A stretch of 64,000 bases of DNA from Podarcis pityusensis (taxonomy: Eukaryota). Under the pieces are notes generated by a model that was not told where the DNA came from, did not search any database, and saw only the letters and a list, made by a program, of their open reading frames with translations. The stretch lies in the NCBI GenBank assembly GCA_964106645.2, contig OZ067044.1. One strand, given 5' to 3'. The translations under genes were made by a program, and so were the position numbers. Shown piece after piece: positions 12,243 through 23,960 of the stretch. Positions within the stretch are counted from its first letter, which is position 1; each line of letters starts with the position of its first letter.

Positions 12243-13634
12243 CTACTCACTAATATTACAATATTGTGGAGAGGGTTGTAGCATTCTTGCATATTTTGAT
12301 ATGGATTGGAGTGGTAGAAAATATTATATTTTGCCAGTGAGCAAGGAGGAAAGGGGATTTTTTTGCCTTAGGTGTCAAAATAACTTGACCAGCCATAGAT
12401 ACCTTGACTTGTAGGAGGTTGCCAATGGCAGCTCTGCGTCAGGCTGCAAAAAGTATTGTGCTGGCCTTGGGAAGAAGCAGGAGGTCTTTAAATAAAATAT
12501 CTTCAGCTAGCAAACCGCTTCAGTTTTACAAGATTAGATTTCAAATAAATTCAGTACAAGTATGAATGAAAGGAACGAGAACATTGCATGTTGAGGAGCA
12601 AAACTTTTTCCTTGCAGAAAAGCTTGCTGTTTGCTATTCTGGGGTGTGGGCAAACTTTTGGGGAGTTTCAAATAAACAAATCTATCTTTCTGCATTTTGT
12701 TTGCTTGTTTGTTTAAAGTATCTAAATGAAGTTGGTAACCATGTAATTAGTGGTGTGGGGGATAAGAGACATAGCTTTTTGTTTTACCTTTAGATATCAA
12801 AGATTTCTAAAGATGGGCAAACACATGAACATTTCAGCAGGTGCTATAAATGTACCAAAGAAAGTAAAAAAGCAGATCAGTGTCAAAATAGGAACCAGAT
12901 CCTTTATTTTATTGCCTTCTCTGCAGAGTAGTGCATCTCCCAGCTATGGAGTCGTCTAGCATTTAAGTGAGCATTTGTGTGCATTTATGTGCAGATACAC
13001 CAGTGTGTAATTGACTTGTGGCATTTTCACTGCTACAGCTGAGGCTAATGTTTTGGAGGGATGGACACATTGGAACGGCATTCATCTTTAGTTAGGAAAT
13101 TCAGCAGACAGGGACTTTAGGAAGGCTTATTCTTCTTCCTTTCCAGCCATAGGAAAACCCCGCAGCTAGATGCAGGTAGGTAGATAAATATACACAATTT
13201 ATTCATGTCACTGTTCACCAGCATACACAGGGACATGAATTCTGCTATTACTTTGGGTAAATGAATTCTTCATGCAGCAGGCTTGTGCGTGTGTTTTTGT
13301 GTGTCGATCAACCTCTACAGCCAATTTTTTAAATGCTGGTTTGTACAAAGTTGTGTCCAACCATAAGGTTCAGAAACATGTTTCTGCTTCATATCTTAGA
13401 CTACAAAAATGAGGCAGGGGGATTACAGGCAATTTTTTGGTATGGCATAACACCTGGTGGGGGGTGGGGATGGCATTAGTTACCTTAATTGACTTTAACA
13501 TGCAAATATGTTCTTATTTCAACTGAAACCATGGTTTCAAATCCTGCTTTGTGATCAATCCTTAACTAAGGCGCTGGTATTGAAAAATAATAACTTACCA
13601 TGTCAAAGGAGAGCAATCTATGGTTAGGCATGAT

Positions 13635-13807
13635 CAGTGCTTTTTTCTTTAAAAATGTTTAGGGGTACTCTCATTTTGACCTCAGAAAATCAACATTTTA
13701 TAGTTCAGATTGGGAAAAATAAATACAGTAAATGGACAAAAGTACAAAGATTCACAAAATGTTTAGGGGTATGTGTACCCCTGCGTCCTTCCATTAAAAA
13801 AGCACTG
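13635..13807. mobile_element. hAT-type MITE
   Basis: TIR cagtgctttttt / aaaaaagcactg; 8-bp TSD ggcatgat / ggcattat (7 of 8); internal repeat aaaatgtttaggggta x2. Confidence 0.82.
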
Positions 13808-14310
13808 GGCATTATGCCAGTGTAGAGATTTTTCAAGATTTTCAACTGTGTAGAAAGTGAACATATACCAGAAAGTTGTTATAGAATATTGGGTAGAATT
13901 ACTTCATTTTAGTTAGTATTTTTCCCACTGTTTCCCTAGAACGTTTTTACATTTTAGAAAACCAAGCACAAAAATATCTTCCAGCGCACTACAATGTCGA
14001 TATTTCTATCCCTTTCTTCTTTAGCCTGGCTGCAATTTATCTTTTAAAGGTTTGTTGATACAGGATGAGTCTATTGATATGCAAAAATGTTCTTTTGAGT
14101 GGTAGAGGAAGCTTTGGCTGCTGTTTTAGTAGCGACTGAGTGAAGCAACCTTGTTTACTGCTTTGAGAACTCTTTTTTCTGGGCAAGCATGCTAAATTGA
14201 TTTCAAATAAAGCAAGTTGCCTGGTTAATTATATTTAGTATTTTATATAATGTTTTTTCTCAGTGCTCAAAGCATTTTAACATATAGGGGCATATCCAAC
14301 TGAGTTGTAT

Positions 14311-14366
14311 TCAGAGTAGACCAGTTGAAATCAGTGGACTCGTTGATTTCAGTGGGTCTACTCTGA
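14311..14366. repeat. Imperfect inverted repeat, probably an old palindromic MITE
   Basis: tcagagtagacc..tgaaatca / tgatttca..ggtctactctga; a related relic lies near 25470-25570. Confidence 0.7.
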
Positions 14367-16587
14367 GTTTGGCTAACATTGTGTACCACATAAATCATCC
14401 CAGTTATACAAAGAAGCTGTAAGGTAGGTTGGCTTTATTATTCCCATATTGCATATGTAGGAAGAAGGGTTGAGGCTGAGAAATGGTTGCCTGCATCAGG
14501 TAATGATTGTATTGGGGACCCCTTAGCTCATTTTATTTAACCAGTATATTATGCAAACACATACCTTGCAAGTCCTTGGTAATCTCTGGGTTCTGGGGTA
14601 GCTGTTTTCCTGCACAGTAGTGACATAGGTAGCTGTAGGTTGCCTGAGGGGGAGGCAGTGGGCAGACGCAAGCCCCATGCTGTCATTTCAGGCAGTGCGA
14701 AACCTTCAGACGCCTCTGCTGCACACAGAAGTACTGGAGGAAACTATGGAATTGCAAACTTGTCTCCTTGCCATTCAGCAGGATACATCATGGCGGGCGG
14801 GGAGTATTTGAAGAAAAGGATGTCCTCAGCCATATCAAAAATGTCACTTATTTTGATGTATTTTTGAGTGTGGCATGAAATAATGACCTGTAGTAAATCA
14901 CTGGCACAAGAAAAAGGAAATCTATAGAGTTCTAACTTACCGTATTCAATCTGATTTTTTTTTGGGGGGGGGGGGAGACCAAGTTGCAGTTTAAGGATAA
15001 TTTATTATTCGCTATCTTCTTACCCTGTGCAATACCTTTCTTCAGTCTTGCTTCACATCCTCCCTGGATGTTTTTGCCAGGATGGAATGTGTCCTTGAAC
15101 TCTTGCTTCCCTGGATTGAGGATAGAAATATGTGTAGAAACTAGGCTAATGTACAAAGTTAAAATTTATATTCATTTCTATGTCCACTTTTGACTCGGGT
15201 CCCTCCCTCATACCTTTCTGTTGCCCAGAAAGGGTATATGTGTCCTTTAGACTAAAAAAAGGTTCCCTGCCTCTGGCTTGTATAAAGGAATATGGCTACA
15301 GCAAACAGAAAATACATCTCCTTTAACGTCCCATTGATTGTAAATGGGGAAATTTTAAGAAAGCAGTTCACATTTTGAAATCAGTAGGAAAGAGACTTCA
15401 ATCCTATGCAGACTTAGCTAGGAGTACTCCCAATGAACACTTCAAAAGTTATTTCTGACTTTCCATTAGAAACCAATAGAATTAAGAAGTATTTTAACGA
15501 ATGCCCTAATTTTGTGCATATTATTTCTGCGCTAGCTTTTGGTTTCTCTGAAAGATCTCGCACAATGTAACCCAGGCCTCAGTATCCTCAAAATCATAGC
15601 TTGTTGAAAGGAGGAACATCTGAAATAGTTTCCCTTTAGCTGCATTTCATTTTCCCCTCATTTCCTTTGACTCTGTTAGGGATCTTTCAGGAAGTATTTA
15701 TAGTCAAGGCTATTCCTTGCCATACGGGTTCTCTAATTAACTGAAGGAAACTCAGCGGGTGCTGTGTCTTACTAATGCACATAGCTATGTTGGGTCAAAG
15801 CACTGCCGAACTCCTTTGGCTTTGTTAGAAGCACCTGTTTCCACAATTCAGTGTTTGGGGATGTGGAGAACTTAACTTCTAAGTATAAACTGCATCCTGG
15901 GGGGCGGGGGACAACCAGCCTAAAATAATCGCCGAACCAGGAAAGTGTTAAAGAAACTGATTGGAAACATTTGGTGTCAAATGCTAGATGGATGACCCCC
16001 CCAATTTAAAATGAAAAGGGGGCAACTGTGGTGTTGAATTGCCCAAACTTGAAAATCCTGTTCTGTTTTAAACTAGTTTAGGCAGAACTTCAGAACTACT
16101 GGGTTGAATTTGCGTGCAAGTGGAGATACTCTTTGTGACGGAGTAATCAAAGTTCAGCAGAAAGCAACGTTTAAAATGTTAAGCCAGCCCATCTTAAGTG
16201 GATGTATCTGCATTGTGTGGATCAAGCTCATGCATTATCGGGTAGGGAGGTAACCTCGCCCTCTGGATATTTACTCAGCCACAGCTAGGTATGTTTCAGG
16301 AAGAAATGCCTAGAAATGTATTGGGTGGTAAAATCATTATTTGGGTGTGGTGATATAATAATATAGTGCCTGGATGTTACATCAAAAACCTTAAGGAAAA
16401 AGTGAATCAGTTTGCAGAACAAAGAATGTGAGCGGTACTGTATACCAAAGTTGCTAAGGGGTTGGGAACAAATAAGATTCTGCTGAGAACATCAGTTTGA
16501 ATGCTTATTCAAAATTAGCTAGATAAATTGAGTTGTTGCAGAGCCAGTCAGAAAAGTCTTTAACCATGCCCTATTTGATAAGAAATA

Positions 16588-16719
16588 GGGACGCGGGTGG
16601 CACTGTGGGTTAAACCACAGAGCCTAGGACTTGCCGATCAGAAGGTCGGCAGTTCAAATCCCCGTGACGGGGTGAGCTCCCGTTGCTCGGTCCCTGCTCC
16701 TGCCAACCTAGCAGTTTGA
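16588..16719 (+). mobile_element. Sauria SINE, 5' third only
   Basis: gggacgcgggtggcactgtgggttaaaccacagagcctaggacttgccgatcagaaggtcgg... matches the head of the copies at 46778 and 57970. Confidence 0.9.
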
Positions 16720-16995
16720 TGTGGGCAGTGTATCAGGTTTGTAACTGTGCCTCATATGCATTATGCTTCAATATCACAACATTTTGTTACCTTTCCTGAA
16801 CCTGCTTCTATTGAAATAAATGTAAGAAACCAATACTGGTTTAGAAAATCATTACCCTTGTGTATTCCATTTCTGTTCTTTAGGCACTTTACACTTCAAA
16901 AGCAATGTGTTAGTTATGTCTTACTTTCACTCACCTTGTCTTGCATGTTGCCAGGAGAAGAGAAACAATCAACTCATTAACTTTTATTTAATCTA

Positions 16996-17130
16996 GCCTT
17001 CCCTAACCTGGCACCTTCCAGACATTTCAAACTAAAATTCCCACAATCCCTCACATTTGACCATGCTAGCTAGAACTGATGGGAGTTTTAGTCCAAAACA
17101 TATGGAGGGCACCAGGTTGGGGAATGGTGG
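16996..17130. mobile_element. Degraded palindromic hAT MITE (same core as 20555 and 23569)
   Basis: ccttccctaacctggcaccttccaga...aattcccacaatccc...gatgggagttttagtccaaaacatatggagggcaccaggttgggg. Similar relics lie near 3390-3530, 8965-9070, 26060-26165, 43850-43965, 54660-54795, 61894-61965 and 63640-63710. Confidence 0.7.
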
Positions 17131-17750
17131 TTTAGCCTATACATTCCAGCCACTTTGTCCACATTCTGCTGTGGCCAAAATACCACCCTGAATATGTCAA
17201 GTTTGATTGCATTATATTGATATTTCTTCATATAAAATCTTAAAACATGCTTTCTGGTGAGAGGGAACTTTTAGTTTAGAAGACACAAACTTTTTGGAAA
17301 TAGATTTTGATTAATGTGTTGTTTTCAAAAGTCCACAAATTTCTCTTGTGTGAGAAAATGCCATTTTTATTAAAATAAAAATGGAGCAGTCATATGTTCA
17401 GATGAGAAGTTTGGTTACTTCAAACTAATTTTAGTTAGGTGGGGTGCAAATCTCTGCTGTTGCTGTTCCTGCAAATAGCATCTGATCACAGCTGTTTTGG
17501 AGCAAAAAAAATAATCCAACAAACACCCAACAAACCCTATCATGACTCATTTGTGCTATATTTGCAGGGAGTGAGGAAACTATCACACAGAAAAGGAAAT
17601 AAAAAATTACACTACATCTTTATATGCATGTGTGTTTGTGTGTGCATGTGTGTAGAGTTTATCATTTGTTTAAGAGCCTTGTGAGGGTTCAATGGACCAT
17701 GTGGTGCTTCCCCAACTTCTCACCCTATAAATTCTTATAAGAAAATCGAA

Positions 17751-17827
17751 TCTGACAAAGTGGTCTTTGGCTCATGCAAGCTTATGCCATAATAAACACC
17801 TTAGTATTTAAGGTGCCACTGGACATT
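17751..17827 (+). mobile_element. Penelope-like fragment adjoining the MITE at 17830
   Basis: tctgacaaagtggtc...aagcttatgccataataaa...ttagtatttaaggtgccac. Similar relics at about 8585-8660 (-) and 9075-9152 (+). Confidence 0.55.
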
Positions 17828-17829
17828 TA

Positions 17830-18070
17830 CAGTGGAACCTCGGTTTTCGAGCTTCTCGGAAGCTTAACGATTCGGAACCCAAACACCGAAAACCCAGAAG
17901 TAATTGCTTCCGTTTTTGAACACGCCTCAGAGGTCGAATGGCTTCCGAGACGTGTTTCTCCATTTTTTCAGTGGATTTTGCCGACCACCCATTGATCCTC
18001 GGTTTTCAAACATTTCGGAAGTCGAACGGTCTTCCGGAAACAATTACGTTCGAAAACGGAGGTTCCACTG
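17830..18070. mobile_element. Tc1/mariner (Tigger-like) MITE
   Basis: TIRs cagtggaacctcggttttcga / tcgaaaacggaggttccactg, TA TSD. Confidence 0.9.
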
Positions 18071-18577
18071 TACTTGTTTGTTTGTTTGTTTTACAGAAAT
18101 CTAGTCTTTGTTCAGTTGAACGACCTCCGCATTTTTTTTCCGAAGCAGCCTTGAAGTTACGTTGAATCTTTGAGCTTGCTCTAAAGTTGCAGCAAATCAC
18201 ATGCGAAACCCCTTCAGACTTAATCATAATAATAACAACAATAAAAAGGCATATTTGCTGCAGCTTGGGCACTTCAAAGCTATCACCTCTCCCGTCTGTA
18301 CATGACTAAAAGGCTTTAAGGCAGATAGTACAAGGGGGAAAACAATGAAATCAAAGACAGTCTTAATATACAACTATTATAGGCTGCATAAGACATTTGA
18401 AGAATATCTCAAAATATTTATAGGTTCTTCTGATGCATGCACATTGCCAGCTGCCTTTCATGTTTGCGGTGTAAGACTCTTAAAATACATCTTGGGGGGT
18501 GGGGGGGGGGAGAGGAGAAAGTTGTATTTCCTGTATGCTGTTTATGTGTGTTTACCGTGTGGTGTATCCATCTAGAG

Positions 18578-18714
18578 CAGGGTTTCCCAAACTTGGATCT
18601 CCAGCTGTTTTGGGACTACAACTCCCATAATCCTGAGCTAGCAGGACCAGTGGTCAGGGATGATGAGAATAGTAGTCCAAAAACAGCTGGAGACCAAAGT
18701 TTGGGAAACCCTTG
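18578..18714. mobile_element. Palindromic hAT-type MITE
   Basis: Arms cagggtttcccaaacttggatctccagctgtttt / aaaacagctggagaccaaagtttgggaaaccct; preceded by atctagag. Confidence 0.85.
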
Positions 18715-18724
18715 AACTATAGAG

Positions 18725-19223
18725 CAGGGGTCAGCAGAGGGCCGGCCCACTGTACCTCACCTTGTGGGGGGCTGGACTATATTTTGAAGGGGGAAAAAAT
18801 GAATGAATTCCTATGCCCCACAAATAACCCAGCGATGCATTTTTAACAAAAGCACACATTCTACTCATGTAAAAACACACTGATTCCTGGACCGTCCACA
18901 GGCTGGATTTAGAAGGCGATTGGGCCAGATCTGGCCCCCAAGCCTTACCGTATTTTTCTCTCTATAAGACACACCAGACCACAAGACGCACCTAGTTTTT
19001 GGAGGAGGAAAACAAGAAAAGAAATATTCTGAATCTCAGAAGCCAGAACAGCAAGAGGGATCGCTGCGCAGTGAAAGCAGCAATCCCTCTTGCTGTTCTG
19101 GCTTCTGGGATAGCTGCGCAGCCTGTATTCTCCCCATAAGACACACACACATTTCCCCTTACTTTTTAGGAGGGAAAAGGTGAGTCTTATAGAGCGAAAA
19201 ATACGGTAGTTTGCCTACTCGTG
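18725..19223 (+). mobile_element. hAT (Charlie-like) non-autonomous element, interrupted by a Tc2-like MITE
   Basis: Begins caggggtcagc and ends ...agcctta[insert]gtttgcctactcgtg; flanks ctatagag / gtctagag resemble the NTCTAGAN target. Confidence 0.8.
18948..19206. mobile_element. Tc1/mariner (Tc2-like) MITE nested in the hAT element
   Basis: TIRs ccgtatttttctctctataagac / gtcttatagagcgaaaaatacgg, TA TSD, long internal hairpin. Confidence 0.9.
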
Positions 19224-19230
19224 GTCTAGA

Positions 19231-19386
19231 GAGCTAGCATGGAACAGTGGTTAGAGTGTCAAGCTTATTTATTGGCAGACCAGGTTCAAATCGCTACTCA
19301 GCCATGGAGCTCACTGGGTGACCTTGGGCCAGTCATTGTCTCACAGCCTAACCTACCTTGCAGGGTTACTGTGAGGACAAAATTGG
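19231..19386 (+). mobile_element. Old MIR/CORE-type SINE
   Basis: cagtggttagagtgtc...caggttcaaatc...ctgggtgaccttgggccagtca...cagcctaacctaccttgcagggttactgtgagga. Confidence 0.7.
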
Positions 19387-20554
19387 AAACAGTTACCTCA
19401 GAATTCCGCCATGCCAGTATTTGGGTATATCCTGGTAGCCGCTGACTCATGGTGAGATAGTGAACCTCCGACAACTCATCTCACTGTAATGTGTTATTTG
19501 ACGCAGCGCTTCTAATGTACTCAGTTCAAGTACTTAGATTTAAGCCAATTTAATCTATTTGGAATTCAATTGCACTAAAACGTCTGAAACTAAGAATTTC
19601 AATTTCATAGGGATGTAGATTGAGCCGTAAAGTCTTTCATGTCACATGGTCCACTGGCATACAAATTAGCATAGATCCCTCCAACCCTTCATTAAAAAGG
19701 TTTTTACTTAACAAGCACACACACAGACAACATTGTACACGTCACACTTTACATCTGGAGCTTAATGTCAGCTAAAATGTTGCAGGCTTCTGATTCTTCT
19801 AAGTGACTGGGCACTTGCTTGGGGTGTGTGTGTGTGTGTGCATGTGTGCACATTTGTTTATTAGCTGCAAAGAACCAAAATGGAAAGGAAGGGGGGAGTA
19901 TTCTTAATTAAAATTCTAAACTCCATTCCTCCCCTTTTTTTCATCAGGCACTGATCAGAGATATTAGTCAAATGTTTTATAGACTCGATCGTAATGGTTT
20001 TAAAAGCAAAAGAGCATGTGTTGAGCCTACTGATTTTTTCCATAATGGAAAACTATATTAGGCTTTGCAGAAGTTTTAAATTTGGGCTTATTTTGAAATC
20101 CTTTGATGCCTTCAAGGACTGAAAACTTCACCACCCCTTAATCAGTTTGGCTTTGCCTCTCAAAAGCTGCCTCAGATGGTGTAGAATTGGGGAGGGGGGT
20201 CTCAAAAATGGCTGTGCATGACAACTTTCAGGTTAGGTGTTTATGCACAGTACACATTTGTTTTTGTGACGGGTGTAGATTTGGAAACACAGCAGTTGCT
20301 ATGCCCGGTTGTTGTTTTACATAAACATTCCTTTCAGCCTCAGAGATAAGGCAGGATACAAAGGGAGAGCCACATCGAGTATGCTTCATGCACATCTATG
20401 TTGCGTCAATGCTTCCTGGAGTGAACACACCCATCTAACATGCGTCTTTAAACACCTGTGTGCGTGCATTAGACTGGGAAGTTTAAACCCCAAAGCTTAA
20501 GGTCTGAGGCTGGGTCCTGCATGGTGAGCTACCATGGACCGTGTTTTTTCAGAC

Positions 20555-20691
20555 CAGGCTTCTTCAGCCTTGGCCCTCCAAATATTTTTGGCCTACAACT
20601 CCCATGATCCCTAGCTAGCAGGACCAGTGGTCAGGGATGCTGGGAATTGTAGTCTCAAAAATATCTGGAGGGCCGAGGTTGAGGAGGCCTG
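20555..20691. mobile_element. Palindromic hAT-type MITE
   Basis: TIR caggcttcttcagcct / aggttgaggaggcctg; perfect 8-bp TSD tttcagac (20547-20554 / 20692-20699). Confidence 0.92.
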
Positions 20692-21699
20692 TTTCAGACT
20701 TTGGATTCCTCTTCAAGCAGAGGGACAAGAATAGTTTCACTCTTTGGGGAGAATGTTCCACAACTGAGGCACTGCCACCCGCCAAACCTCAGATGGCAGT
20801 GACACCTGCAGAACATATTCCACAAGAGACCTGAATGTACAAGTAGGTAGATAGGGAGACAGGTGGTCCTAAAAGTACCCTGATCCTAAAGGCTTTCCAG
20901 GTCAAAAACAGCACTTTTAATTGGGCCCCAAAATGGATTGTGAGCCAGTGCAGTTGGCAATAACACAAGTGCAATGTGAAGATAGCATCCAGTTCCAAGT
21001 GTTGCAGAATATATCTGTTAGATTACTAACTTCAGTTTCCAAATAGTCTTCAAATACATTCACACTTATAGCACATTAAAGTAATGTAAATGGAGGTTAC
21101 CAGAGCCCAGGATAACAGAGGCCAGTCTATTTCTGCCCAGGTAAGTTTTCAGCTGGTATAATTGTGGACATTATGTATATGATGAACAATTCTATCCATG
21201 TGATAGAATGAAATATAAATAAAAGGCATAAGCTAGAGATAGCAACTCCGCATTACTGAGAATCTCCTTTATTGGAATACATTGTACTTTAAAGTGCTTA
21301 ACCTTTGAACAAATGGGAAAGAGCATTGAAGGACATTGAATCCGGACTCTTGACCACAAAAAATATTTTTCAGCTTTCCTCTGGCATCCAAGATATCATA
21401 TTTGATTGCCCAAACATAGATTCTCATGAATAAGGAATCTAATATTGGGGTTTTTTTTTTGAAAAATTACACTTTTAATGAAGCTTTATTAAAGAGGATA
21501 AACAAATTAAACCAACACTCCATTCCAGCAATGGTAATTGTAAAAACATAGGTTTATGGATAAACTGACTTTCTTTTCTTCTGTTTGTTTAAATGAAAGT
21601 GGGGATTCTGTTAACCAGAATGCATTGCAGGGGGTTGGATGAACCTCCTTTCCAATGCTACAATTCTACTATTCAAGAAGCTGAATTAAATGCCCAGTA

Positions 21700-21931
21700 C
21701 AGTGGTACCTCGGGTTACAGACACTTCAGGTTACAGACTCCGCTAACCCAGAAATAGTACCTTGGGTTAAGAACTTTGCTTCAGGATGAGAACAGAAATC
21801 GTGCAGTGGCGGCGCAGCAGCAGCAGCAGCAGGAGGCCCCGTTAGCTAAAGTGGTGCTTCACGTTAAGAACAGTTTCAGGTTAAGAACAGACCTTCGGAA
21901 CTAATTAAGTTCTTAACCCAAGGTACCACTG
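21700..21931 (-). mobile_element. Tigger-like MITE family A, opposite orientation to the other three copies
   Basis: TIR cagtggtacctcgggtt / aacccaaggtaccactg, TA TSD; reverse complement of 22762-22987. Confidence 0.93.
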
Positions 21932-22761
21932 TATAATAATCTGCCCTTTTTCTTCTCTTGCAAAGTATTAAAGCACGCGCACACGTTCCCAATTATGCTT
22001 TTAAATGTATCCTTATCTACAAAAACGTTGTTGTTGCTAAATGAAATAAATGTTACCCTTGCTCTGTTTTGCTGTTTGGACAGGTTTTTAAAATGTTTCT
22101 TCCCTGACACGCTGTTAAGCAAAGATTAGAGTGAATGCTTGCAATTGCTCTTTGCAAGCGAAGAGATCTAAACTTAAATGTTTCATGAAGAATGTGATGT
22201 GCTTCAGCTAGCATTAGAGCTGCGAGCGCTAATAGCTGTTCATGAATAGCCGTGCTCATTTTTGCAACCTGAAGGGCTATAATTTATTAGATTGAAAACA
22301 AAGTGTGATCAATATAGCCTTTAATGCAATCAATAACGAGAACTGCCAAAAGGCATTTTACCATATTTCAGACTGAAAAAAGTTTTCTGTCATTTTTTTT
22401 AAATAAAAAAAAGCAGCATTCCACTTTCAGTTTATCAGCAGATGGCAAGAAATGTTTCAACGGAGCCCATCTGCCTATCCATTCTTGATAGCGTACAAAC
22501 TGAAAATTAGATTTCTTGGCCAGGTTGCAAGGGAAAATAAGGATACAACCCAGTCCCATTTGTACTAGTTCTGGCAATCATGTCCATTCAGGGGTTTTCT
22601 TCTCCTTCAAAGCAACAGGCTGTTTTGTAGGCTCCAGAATTGCTACATCACTCAGTGGCCTTTTCTGAGGTGTGTGTGTGTCAGCAGCCTTTGTGTTGTC
22701 ACTTGTTTCTTGTACGAGGCCCATCATTGAATTCGTGGGACAAGAAAACCCAATACCCATA

Positions 22762-22987
22762 CAGTGGTACCTCGGGTTAAGTACTTAATTCGATCCGGAG
22801 GTCCGTACTTAACCTGAAACTGTTCTTAACCAGAAGCACCACTTTAGCTAATGGGGCCTCCTGCTGCTGCTGTGCCGCTGGAGCCCGATTTCTGTTCTCA
22901 TCCTGAAGCAAAGTTCTTCACCTGAAGCACTATTTCTGGGTTAGCGGAGTCTGTAACCTGAAGCGTGTGTAACCTGAGGTACCACTG
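22762..22987 (+). mobile_element. Tigger-like MITE family A
   Basis: TIR cagtggtacctcgggtt / aacctgaggtaccactg, TA TSD. Confidence 0.93.
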
Positions 22988-23568
22988 TACTTGGATTTGT
23001 TGAGTGATTAGGCAGAGCATCTTTGTGAATGCTGCACATACAGAGTTTCTGTTAATGTGTGTTAAAAAATGCGTGCTGCATCGTTCGGAGTGTTTGGCAC
23101 AGCTTCCGGCTACTTTATATATAAAGTTACAGAAATATCAGGAACTGTATAACTAACTAAACTCAGTTATTAAAGCACAAAGAAGTCCTTTGAACTCAGT
23201 GTGCATTAATTCTGAGTATGTATGTTTAGATCACACTATAACACAGCATATAAAACCAATAATAGTAATGATCCCTGGTGACCAGTCTAACAGTAATAGC
23301 AACATGACATGCATTCCTACAGTGCCGACTGTTAGGAGCTCGTGTGTTGGAAATCACAGCCATTTTTATGGGCAGCCATGCCTTTTAAAGGGCTTTCCTG
23401 GACCTTCTGGTACAGCTCTGTCAGCGTGGAGGACATGAACAAGCAAGTGGTGGGCAGACGGGAGCATAGAGTAGGAACAGCCTGCTTCCTTGATCACCAG
23501 GGGCAGCTGGTTAACTGGGAGCTGAACATTTCTGGTCCTTTTCAAATACCCTCACTAATATACTAAAC

Positions 23569-23704
23569 CAGTGATGGCCAAACTTGGCCCTCTAGCTGTT
23601 TTGGGACTACAATTCCCATCCTTCCTGACTACTGGTCCTGTTAGCTAGGGATGATGGGAGTTGTAGTCCCAAAACAGCTGGAGGGCCAAGTTTGGCCATC
23701 ATTG
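23569..23704. mobile_element. Palindromic hAT-type MITE
   Basis: TIR cagtgatggccaaacttggccctc / gagggccaagtttggccatcattg; perfect 8-bp TSD tactaaac (23561-23568 / 23705-23712). Confidence 0.93.
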
Positions 23705-23832
23705 TACTAAACAGTATCCCCATGAAGTTTTGGGAGAAACGATACATCTAAGAACCCACCTGGCAACATTCCCCAGGAGACAGCATAGTGGGCTTCATAG
23801 GTATACGATCTTACTTCTAAATATTCATAGCA

Positions 23833-23960
23833 CCATGGAATTGTAGAGTTGGAAGGAACCCCAAGGGTCATCTAATCCCACCCCCTGCAGTGCAGGAATC
23901 TCAACTAAAACATCCATGACAGATGGCCATCTAACCTCTGCACAAAAACTTCCAGTGAAT
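23833..23960 (-). mobile_element. CR1 3' fragment
   Basis: gtagagttggaaggaaccccaagggtcatctaatcccaccccctgcagtgcaggaatc. Confidence 0.75.
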
